NCBI RefSeq assembly: GCF_910592395.1
Contig: NC_088308.1
Location: forward strand, 1,116,001-1,180,000
Length of the DNA: 64,000 bases
Source: Lineus longissimus
Lineage: Eukaryota
Direction: 5' to 3'
Shown piece by piece: positions 1-8,700 of this stretch. Made by a program: the position numbers and the translations under genes. The notes beneath the pieces were generated by a model that worked only from the letters and a program-made list of their open reading frames with translations, had not been told where the DNA came from and did not search any database. How positions within the stretch are numbered: position 1 is the first letter of the stretch; each line of letters starts with the position of its first letter.

Positions 1-2709
1 TGCTATCTCTCGTTTATTTCCCTCCTTATAGGACAAAAACAAACGCTCTCTCCCCTGGCGGATACCGGGAGGTTTTGTCCTATTTATGTAGAACTTTAGG
101 GCCCTGACGGGACATAAAGTTCTGTCAGGAAGATCATAAGAGATCGTTCCTGAGAGAGAGGGAATAGTAACCGGGGGCCGAGAGGCGGCCGGTCCCTGGT
201 TCTTCGCCAGAAATCCTGGTATAAAAGCCAGGATAACCTCCCCTCCCTCTCTAAAAGCCAGCTTCTTAAAAGAAAGTGCATGGAGCTCTGATCTCCGTTG
301 GGCGGTAGCCAAGGCTACTAGAAAGACCGTTTTGAGTGTCAGATATTTCATGGATGAAATAGACATGGGTTCAAAAGGATGCCTCATGAGCACCTTAAGG
401 ACAACAGAAAGGTCCCATTTAGGGGTGTTGTGAACCGGTCTAGGACGCTCTAATAACATTCCTCTGAAAAGAGGGGTTATTTGGTCCTCCCAACGAAGAT
501 CCCAGGTGCTTAAAACACGGAGGGTAGAAGCGATGGCGGACTTGTACCCTTTTATAGCCGTGACAGATAGTTGTCTTTCCGTGAATAATTCAATAAGGAA
601 ATCAACTAATCTGTATATAGAGGGAGAGATCGGATTAACTCCGTTCTCCCTGCACCAGGAAGTGAAGGTAGACCACTTTCCTTGATACACATCAAGGGTA
701 GACCCCCTTTGAGGTGCGGACATGCGCTTGACAGCGATGTCCGAAAAGCCTCTCTGGTGGAGATGCAACTGGATAAGTTCCAGGCGTGAAACTTGAAAAA
801 TCCAGGGTTCTGGTGGTAGCATCTCCCCAGGGGGTGCCACAGGAGGTGCTTCCAAGTAGGAAGACTCCTGGGGTGATCTATCAGGAGCTCCAGCAAGGCT
901 GGGAACCAGGCCTGATTTGGCCAGCAAGGTGCGATGAGAGTTATTCTCACCGGATGGCTGGTCAAGATCTTGTTCAGGACTGGTTGGATGAGAGGGAGGG
1001 GTGGAAACGCATATGCGTTCAGCCCGACCCAAGAGGCTGTAAGGCTGTCGACTTCCAGGGCCTCTTCGTCCGGAAGTGGAGAGTAATAGATGGGAAGGCG
1101 ATTGTTCAGCCTGGTGGCGAACAGATCTACCTTCGGAGATTGCCAAAGGCGACAAAGGTCGTCTACAATCTCCTGATGGAGTGTCCACTCTGTCTGAACT
1201 AGCTTGTTCTGACGGGACAGGGCGTCGGCAAGGATGTTGCGATTGCCCGGTATGTGTCTGGCACATATCGATACTCCAAGGTCGGCACAAAGATGGTAAA
1301 GCTCCCAAGTTAGCTGGCAAAGAATGCCGGACTTTGTGCCTCCCTGTCTCCTGACATATGCTACTACTGTAGAATTGTCGGAGAACAGGGTTACTCTCCG
1401 ATTCTTCAGGCGAAGGGAAAGAGCCCTCACGGCAAGAAGGACAGCCTTCATTTCCAATATATTTATTGGAAGAATGGTCTCCTCCCTTGTCCATAGACCT
1501 CTTATGGACATGTCCCCGTTGTTCAGATGTGCTCCCCACCCTAGTAGGGAAGCATCTGTGAACAGGGACACTTCTGGGGGCGGTGGAGCAAGATCTACAC
1601 CGCTTTGGAGACGAGTCTCCGACTCCCAGAAGTTCCAGACGTTCTTGAGTAGGTATTGAGGTATCAATACCAACTTGTCTAATGGGTCCCTGTGGGGTTT
1701 CCATAGAGACATTAGAAACATCTGGATGGGACGCATATATAGACGGCCAAGGGGGATTTGGTCTGCTGCCGAATTCAGAAGTCCCAAAAGGCTCAAGCAT
1801 CGCCTTGCGGGAGCTTGAGTCCTTCCTCTGAATTCTGCGACGAGATGAAGAATTTTCTTTATCCTGTCTAGGGGGGGCAGCATTTTCCCTATGGCCGTAA
1901 GGAACCGAACTCCAACGTAAACGAAGTCTTGGGATGGTATGAATTCTGACTTTGTTTCGTTGATAATCCAACCTGCGGAAACTACTTTTTGCTTTAGAAC
2001 CTGAAGTTGTTGCAGTAGTAGTTCCCGCGATTTGCAACGGAGTAGCCAATCGTCTAGGTAGTGATGGAGCTTGAACCCCATCACGTGAAAGGGAGCGACG
2101 AAGGCTGTGACTATCATCGTAAAAATTAGGGGTGCCGATGCCAGACCGAACGGCAGGGCCCTGAATTGATACGTCTTTCCTTCGTAATGGAATCGAAGGA
2201 AGTGTTGATAGTCTGGATGGATCGGTACATGTAAGTACGCATCCATTAAATCCATCGATACCGCCCAATCGTTGGGCTGTATCGCCGTTGCTATAGACCT
2301 GGTGGTTTCCATCTTGAAATGAGGAACATTCAAGAAGGTGTTTAACCTGGAAAGGTCTATGATCAGCCTCCATGTCCCTGCTTTCTTGGGAACCAAGAAA
2401 ACGTGGCTGTAAAAGCCGGGGGAGCATGGATCTTGAAGGACCTGGATAGCTTGCTTCTCCAGTAATGTCGCGACCTCTGCTTGGAGGGCAGAGGCCTTGA
2501 CTGGGTCCTTCGGTGGCTGAACTGGGGTTGGATATATGGTAGTCGGGGGGGTACGGTTGAAATCTAGTTTCACTCCGTACCTCAACATGTTTGGGACTGG
2601 GGACCCCTTTGGGCACCAATCGTCCCAAATGTCTGCAAATTTTTGCAGACGGCCCCCGACTACCGGAGTCGGCTCCTTTTTGCGTCCGGGAGGAGAAAGG
2701 AGGGGGGAG
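1..2709 (-). CDS. DIRS tyrosine recombinase ORF (recognisable domain in ~1-770; partial, runs off window; start codon not determined)
   Basis: Absent from the ORF track because it has no stop in the window. Hand translation gives ...STLDVYQGKWSTFTSWC...IKGYKSAIAS...PKWDLSVVL...LTLKTVFLVALATAQRRSELHAL...GFLAKNQ...LCPVRALKFYI..., typical DIRS YR motifs. The frame is stop-free from 2709 to 1. Confidence 0.9.
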
Positions 2710-2768
2710 TCACCTCTTCCGGCCAGCACCCCTTGGGCGAAAGGAGTGCTTAGTCGGACCGGATCCAC
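606..2768 (-). CDS. DIRS Pol: reverse transcriptase + RNase H + DNA N6-adenine methyltransferase-like domain (720 aa)
   Basis: RT motifs FYSHVFLVPKK, DLMDAYLHVPI, LPFGLASAP, YLDDWL; RNase H motifs FTDAS, INILEMKAV, SDNSTVV, HIPGNRNILADALSR; methyltransferase-like VDLFAT...YAFPP...WP...WF. No internal stops. Confidence 0.96.
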   Translation of the reverse strand: MDPVRLSTPFAQGVLAGRGDSPLLSPPGRKKEPTPVVGGRLQKFADIWDDWCPKGSPVPNMLRYGVKLDFNRTPPTTIYPTPVQPPKDPVKASALQAEVATLLEKQAIQVLQDPCSPGFYSHVFLVPKKAGTWRLIIDLSRLNTFLNVPHFKMETTRSIATAIQPNDWAVSMDLMDAYLHVPIHPDYQHFLRFHYEGKTYQFRALPFGLASAPLIFTMIVTAFVAPFHVMGFKLHHYLDDWLLRCKSRELLLQQLQVLKQKVVSAGWIINETKSEFIPSQDFVYVGVRFLTAIGKMLPPLDRIKKILHLVAEFRGRTQAPARRCLSLLGLLNSAADQIPLGRLYMRPIQMFLMSLWKPHRDPLDKLVLIPQYLLKNVWNFWESETRLQSGVDLAPPPPEVSLFTDASLLGWGAHLNNGDMSIRGLWTREETILPINILEMKAVLLAVRALSLRLKNRRVTLFSDNSTVVAYVRRQGGTKSGILCQLTWELYHLCADLGVSICARHIPGNRNILADALSRQNKLVQTEWTLHQEIVDDLCRLWQSPKVDLFATRLNNRLPIYYSPLPDEEALEVDSLTASWVGLNAYAFPPLPLIQPVLNKILTSHPVRITLIAPCWPNQAWFPALLELLIDHPRSLPTWKHLLWHPLGRCYHQNPGFFKFHAWNLSSCISTREAFRTSLSSACPHLKGGLPLMCIKESGLPSLPGAGRTELIRSLPLYTD

Positions 2769-3789
2769 CCTGGTTAGAGGAAGTATTTTTCCTCTTTCCA
2801 GTCCGGCGACCCTCCGCTTCCCGTCGGAAGGATCCAGCAGGAGCAGGCTGACTAGGCGGGGTAGGCCTAGGCAGGACCTGCCTGGCGTACGGGATTGAAC
2901 CCGATGCCTGCTGGGGCCTCTCTATCTTTCTAGCGTTAGGTAGAGAGGTCTTGGCCCTCTGTGTCGCAGTGGGGGCATATAATTTGTCCCAATCTTTCTG
3001 TGCTTGAGCCGCCTCTTGTACAGAATCTGCGAACAGGAAAGAACCGTCCATAGGAGCGGTTCTTAAGGCCCCTTCCAGCTGGAGGGATCTGATGACATTG
3101 AGAGAGCCCAGTGCGGCGTCTCTACGGAGTAGGACGCTATTTGCTGCGGTCTTGGCGGACAGCGCAATAGCGTGCCTAATCGAATGTGACAAGGATGTCA
3201 CAAGCGATTTTGTGTCATCAGATAGTGACTCATTATCTTTTAGGGATCTGGCTAGGGCCAGGTTAGTGTGCTCTGCGTAGGAGAGCACCGCTAACGTGTT
3301 TTTGGCCAGACCCTCTTGTGCTCTAAGGTCTCGGTAAGCCGAGGAGGAGGTCACCCTAGGCACGAGTTGGTCCAGCTGTACATCGTCCTTTAATATGGAA
3401 GTCGATGCTGCAGCTGGACAGCCGGCCGAGCTGACTCGATAATAGTCAGCGCGGTACTGCCTAACGGGAGGAAGTTGTGCCGTGAACAACTTCCCCGGTT
3501 TACACCAAGCTTCCGGTCCGACTGCCGGAAGGACAGGGATGGAAGTACGTTGGTGGGCGCCTTGTGAGTCTCTGATTGTACGCTCCAAAAGTTCAGAGAC
3601 TGCTAACACCGACGGGGAGGGAGGAAGGAATTCAAGTGCCCGAGTGGAGCCTTGAGAAACCTGTGGATTGGGATCCACTTCCTGTCCCCAGAGTGAAAAG
3701 GTCGGTGTTGACAAGGCTGGCAGTTCCGGCGGGGTAGGGCACAGATCCTGCGGGAGGTACGCTCTGATCAAGGATCTGAGTGTCCTCAT
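2710..3789 (-). CDS. DIRS gag-like ORF1, C-terminal part
   Basis: 359-aa ORF directly upstream of and overlapping Pol; helical core (ANSVLLRRDAAL...LRTAP...LF) and basic low-complexity tail typical of DIRS ORF1. The frame stays open upstream to ~3936 (QEELSPEEASILSDMRTL). Confidence 0.75.
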   Translation of the reverse strand: MRTLRSLIRAYLPQDLCPTPPELPALSTPTFSLWGQEVDPNPQVSQGSTRALEFLPPSPSVLAVSELLERTIRDSQGAHQRTSIPVLPAVGPEAWCKPGKLFTAQLPPVRQYRADYYRVSSAGCPAAASTSILKDDVQLDQLVPRVTSSSAYRDLRAQEGLAKNTLAVLSYAEHTNLALARSLKDNESLSDDTKSLVTSLSHSIRHAIALSAKTAANSVLLRRDAALGSLNVIRSLQLEGALRTAPMDGSFLFADSVQEAAQAQKDWDKLYAPTATQRAKTSLPNARKIERPQQASGSIPYARQVLPRPTPPSQPAPAGSFRREAEGRRTGKRKNTSSNQGGSGPTKHSFRPRGAGRKR

Positions 3790-4970
3790 ATCCGACAGGA
3801 TACTGGCCTCCTCTGGTGACAGCTCCTCCTGATTGGGGGAGCGGTAGCCTGGCTGAGAACTCTCGAGTCGGATGGTGGGTATCCGATGGGACCAGGCGCA
3901 CCAGAGGAACCGGAACCCTGCTCCAGATGGCTGAGTCTATCAGAAAGACCTGCTACCATCTGGATGAGCTGGGACAGTTGCTGTCCCGACTCGGGTTCCG
4001 GACCCGACGTGCGGCTTCTCTCAACGACGGGCGGTTGAGGCGAGGGTGAGCGCATAAGCGAACCCTGGAAGCCGTATGTGCGGGCGAATGGGTCTTCCGG
4101 AAGCGGAAGTTGCCCATATTCTGAACTAGAGTTCAGATGTCCTCTCTGCGTAGCTCGTTCCATGGGAACGACGCCTCTGCTACGAGGAGGGGGTGGCACT
4201 TCCGGTTGGTTCCACCCAAGAGGTTGGCCAACGTAGGAAGGTGCCTGCATTTCCGGTAGGACGAAGTCCGAAACCGGAAATGCCCGTAACTCCTTCGCCG
4301 GTATGGAGCTACCGGAAGCCCTTTTAGAAGGAGGTACGGAGGGCGGAAACGCTGTTACCGAAGACGCATGGCGTTTAGGAGGTGGCGTTATAAGGTCCGG
4401 CCCTACTCTACTGTGTCCGTGAGGACTGGGGTTATTTCGCAGTAAAGACTGAGAAAAACCCCCAGTAGAGTCTTCGGTTACTGAAAAACGGGAACCCGCG
4501 TCAGTAACCGGAACTGCAATCGGCGGACCGGAAGCAGGGTGCTCCCGCGGGTACAAAGGGCTTGTACTCGGGGGAGCGGACGACAGGGGAACCGGAAGGT
4601 TCCCTGAGGTCCGGGGTATATTAAACCCTTGGAGACTTATTGGATGTAAGTCTCCCTTGGGACCACAGACATTAATAATGTCAGATCCCGCATCCTTCGC
4701 AGCCGCGGCCGGAACCGGAACTCGGCTGACGGAAGGGGTGGTGGCGGGAGGTTTGCTAGACCTCCGGGTTATATGCCCGGAAACGGAACCGGAAGAGGGT
4801 TTAGGCGTCTTCGCGGCCCGTTTCCCGCCACCAGACGCATTCCTTTGTGGTGAGACAAAGGATGCCGTCAGAGGGGTACGCCATATAAAAAATGGTACCA
4901 ATGACAATAAAAACACTGGGAACCCCAAGTAGGCCAGAAAGGACGCAATAATTAATGGAAAGGAAAACAT
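3786..4970 (-). CDS. DIRS gag-like ORF1, N-terminal P/S-rich part (probably joined to 2710-3789 across a frameshift)
   Basis: 394-aa P/S-rich ORF with a short coiled-coil-like segment (QLSQLIQMVAGLSDRLSHLEQ), lying between the element's left end and the gag core. Confidence 0.6.
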   Translation of the reverse strand: MFSFPLIIASFLAYLGFPVFLLSLVPFFIWRTPLTASFVSPQRNASGGGKRAAKTPKPSSGSVSGHITRRSSKPPATTPSVSRVPVPAAAAKDAGSDIINVCGPKGDLHPISLQGFNIPRTSGNLPVPLSSAPPSTSPLYPREHPASGPPIAVPVTDAGSRFSVTEDSTGGFSQSLLRNNPSPHGHSRVGPDLITPPPKRHASSVTAFPPSVPPSKRASGSSIPAKELRAFPVSDFVLPEMQAPSYVGQPLGWNQPEVPPPPRSRGVVPMERATQRGHLNSSSEYGQLPLPEDPFARTYGFQGSLMRSPSPQPPVVERSRTSGPEPESGQQLSQLIQMVAGLSDRLSHLEQGSGSSGAPGPIGYPPSDSRVLSQATAPPIRRSCHQRRPVSCRI

Positions 4971-5244
4971 GCCTACTTGAATTAAACACTATTGCAATGG
5001 ATCTGAGTCTTGTTCATTACAATAGAGCGGAGAATAGCCTACTTAACTCTACCCTACCAAGATCAAAATAATGGAGCCGGGTCGACTAAGCTAGCTAAGA
5101 AAATGTCTATAATTAAATAGACTGGACAATACTAATGCCAAGATTAGTTTGGCGGTCTACTCCGTAGGTGAATGAACCCAAAAATCGTCTAGACTTGGCT
5201 GGTTGAATTTGGTTTTAAATCGAATTCACGGCAGCTTTGAAAAA

Positions 5245-5383
5245 ACGATGTGCTTCGTAGAAGCACAAGAGTAAAGACTGAATATGGCGGCATGAGATCG
5301 GCGCGATCTCGCGGGATCGGTCAGGGCGCCGCCTGGCGGCCGAGCTGTTAACTCAGTTCTCCCTTTAGAAAATTAAAGGGATA
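5245..5383 (-). promoter_or_regulatory. DIRS left terminal region: terminal hairpin, YY1-like/initiator motif, leader hairpin
   Basis: Minus strand reads CCCTTTAATTTTCTAAAGGGAGAACT (hairpin), then GCCGCCATATTCAGTC (YY1-like GCCATNTT followed by TCAGT initiator, ~5277-5291) and a perfect hairpin TGTGCTTC-tac-GAAGCACA (5249-5267). Promoter function is inferred. Confidence 0.45.
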
Positions 5384-5546
5384 CTCTTGTGTTTGAGCCC
5401 AAATGGAGTAACATGCAAAAGTGTTCCATAGGTAAGTTTGAATGACACAAAATGAATCTTGCACATGACCAACAATCGTCTGGAGTGGCAGGTGTCATCA
5501 CCATATGGTGAGAGAAAGTCCGTAACTACAACAGACACAAACTGCT

Positions 5547-5701
5547 TCAGTCCTGGTGTCCCGTCTGTAGTATGGTGTGCCGCGATACGAACTCCTCTGT
5601 TAATCTCCCATCCAACTGCTTCATGGCTCTCCAATGAATCTTCCCAGAATTCATCGCATCACCCTCCGTCAGTTCAAGTTTGATGTAATCCAACCACAGA
5701 T
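5547..5701 (-). CDS. UTP6: UTP6 coding exon 20 (terminal)
   Basis: ttctag | (D)LWLDYIKLELTEGDAMNSGKIHWRAMKQLDGRLTEEFVSRHTILQTGHQD*; TGA at 5549-5547. Confidence 0.95.
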
Positions 5702-8700
5702 CTAGAAACAGAAAGAGGAAAAATATTACAAAACTTACAAGAAAACGACCTATAATTTGTGTTTTCATCTGCACCCTTCAGCAAATCCAAGTTCTGAATA
5801 TAATTCATGTTCATCTGCTATCCCAACAAAGGCTTCAAGCTTACAGGAAAAGCCACCAACAGCGTGGGCAGAAGATCATATACATAATATCTTTCTTTGA
5901 ACGAACCTGGGTTATTGTTTCCATACTCGCTGATTGCATCCTCGTATATCTGCCTCAGTCGTACCACATCTGTCTGGTCCTGACACCGTTCAAGCATGAT
6001 AAACTTGTTGAAGAAGTTGACAGAAACAGGCTTGACCTTTGATAACCTGCAAGAGAGTTAGACAAGAGAGACATTCTTAGAAAGACTATATGCGAACTGA
6101 AACAGGGCTCTCTCAAAGGCCTGTGACTCTGGTAATGGTGGCCACTATAGCCTTGTTTTGACAATTTGAAAATTGAATGGGGGGGGGGGTATCATTTGGG
6201 TTTTATAATACATGGATTCTCGATGAATAGAAACATTGAATGACTGGGCTCTCTTACCTGTTATACTCCTCCCTGACCTTCTTGATGCTCCTGGTCAAAC
6301 CCAGCCACTCGACGTACACCTCCTTGATGGGACAACCAACACAGCTTCTCTTTGACATGCCAGCCTGAAGAAGAATACCGTTGTCAATAGAAAGGTTGGG
6401 CATTCAAATGTTGGTGGGCAAGTCGGCTTCAGAGTCATTACTGCACAGAGTTACCCTATGATATCGCTCCTTCTACCAATCAATGTATTCCCCAAATGAT
6501 ACCATTTTCTATGAACTGTCTCTTTGAGTGTGTTGCCCTGGTTCACATGCATTTAAAAAAGTTGAATAGCATAATAATGATGACTAGGAGAAACCAATGT
6601 GGAACACACCACATGCACTCACCTTAAATAAATCATTGATTTTCTCAGACTTGGCTGCAATGGCCCAGTCGATCATCAGTTGATAAATAGGTAAGGCGTC
6701 CTGCAAGAAAACGATGCAAGCATCAGAGGGGTTGAAGAGGAAGCGAAGCACAACCAGACACAAGTTGATTCCCACGTTAAAAGAAACCTAACAAGAAATA
6801 CTTGTAAAAGTGAGGAGTATTGAATGGCCCAGGTCATCTAAAGCAGGGATCAGTTCTCAATCACTGATGTGTGAGAGCCCTGGACCGTCACTAACCATAT
6901 GTAATCATTCAGGACAACCAGCAAGCATCACGGCTGGCTTGTAACCGCAGATTTCGTTTCACAACATTCCATTCACTCACATACCATACCTTTTTGTGGA
7001 CAGAATTCAGTGCCTTATTCATGATCTTAAATAGTTCCTTCTCAGGAGCGTCAGACCTAATGGCCAACTGCAGCGAGACCATCCAGAGCTGAACCGATGC
7101 TGGGTACTTGGTACTCCTAGCTAAGTTTGCCACCTCAATTGCCCTTGTGATTTGGGATGTATTCACCAGGACAGCAATCTGAAACAGAGAACTCATATTG
7201 AATGACAGGTTGAGTTGAAGGTATTGATACCCACCTGGAGGTATTGAATGTTTCACCAACACCACTCGGGTGGAGTTAAAATGTAGACCAAAACCTACGC
7301 AGCTTGAGTCTAGCTCCAAAAGATGGCACTACAAATAGCATGAAGAATTGATCAGGTAACAGACCACAACTTCTCTATATGGTCATCCGTGCTAGATAGA
7401 CGAAGTCAATCACCTGACAGCTGACAATGTGACAAGAAGTGCACCAATTTTTAATATGGATGACCCCATACTGACATCCAAGAGGCTGGAGCAAAGATCC
7501 AAGATTTCAAGCTGGCAACCAGAAATTGAGGCTCCATGACTGACACGCACTTACCCATTCTAGATACATCTCTTCGCTCACATACTTCTCCTCCTCTGCT
7601 CTCTCAAATATCTCAAGCGCCCTGGCAATCCTCTGCAAAAATTAACATAAAACTTAACTCATTTGTTCATTGCCGAGTCTAGTAAATTATACCGTTAATG
7701 TCGAGCTGCTGGGCTTGCCTTATCGATTCCTTGTGGTTCTGGGATGATGTTGTGGCGTAGATCTGCAGCACCCAGGATACACAAACTTTGAATTCTACAT
7801 CCCACACAACTGGTTACGTTAAGCACCCAGGACACACAGAACCTGGAGTCAGAGAACCCAGCCCTTTCAAAACGGGTCGACTTACAGAATCGGTGAGGCT
7901 TCTGTTCCCGGGATTCAGAGGTATCCTCTCGATACAGAACAGGAGGTAGGCGGTCCACATCACTTCTGAATCGACACAAGAGATGGAGAATAGTTAAGAA
8001 GAACGATAGATGAAAATCCCAACATCAATGGCTATGGTCGGGGGGGGGGGGCATGTTACATAACCCATGCCCCCCTCTGCTTTCATATGGCCTCCATTGT
8101 TAACCTGAAATAATGTCCTTCATCAGGAACAGCTCATACCACATCAATACAACAACAATGGTCAGAAAAGCTCCGAAGAAACTAAAACAACTTCATTAAA
8201 AGCTATTACCATTTCTGGTATGAAATTTTGATGAGCTGGCACTTTGATACTGAACAAATATCCCTAACCAGCTCCCAGTGTGATTGAACGGATGAATGAA
8301 ATAACGCATGTTATTAGACCAGGGTACACATTTTGTTCTATTTGAATGAAGTCGTAGATTTTATGACCTAACTCAATGTACAATCAATGAATAGTTAACT
8401 GAAACAAGGGCATCTGAATATAACCAAGTCCCGGAATAAAGACAAAACCAACTTTAATAAGCCTTTTAAGAGCAACCTGTAAAGTTGGTCTCCATCCGTG
8501 GCCTGTAATTATTTGTTTTTGGTGACATACCCACTGCCAAATTATTATATCAGTAAGACCATGAACATTTATCGGCCAATAGCTGCTCTGATGGAACATC
8601 TGTTTAGCACTTGATTTTTCCTTGACGGTGTTTAACTAACCAGTGTCTTCCACACAAACAAAACTAGTTCACTATTACAGCACTAGAGGACCCTAGCAGT

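Larger units (their letters stand above)
1..5383 (-). mobile_element. DIRS1-like tyrosine-recombinase retrotransposon (5' part; 3' end outside window)
   Basis: Minus-strand order gag / RT-RNaseH-methyltransferase / overlapping tyrosine recombinase is the DIRS1 layout. GC- and CpG-rich sequence ends near 5383 at a terminal hairpin (cccttta-gaaaat-taaaggg, 5361-5380). Exact left end is approximate. Confidence 0.95.

Noticed and set aside
786..4932. Plus-strand ORFs within the DIRS element
   Set aside because: Antisense shadows of GC-rich coding DNA with no recognisable motifs.
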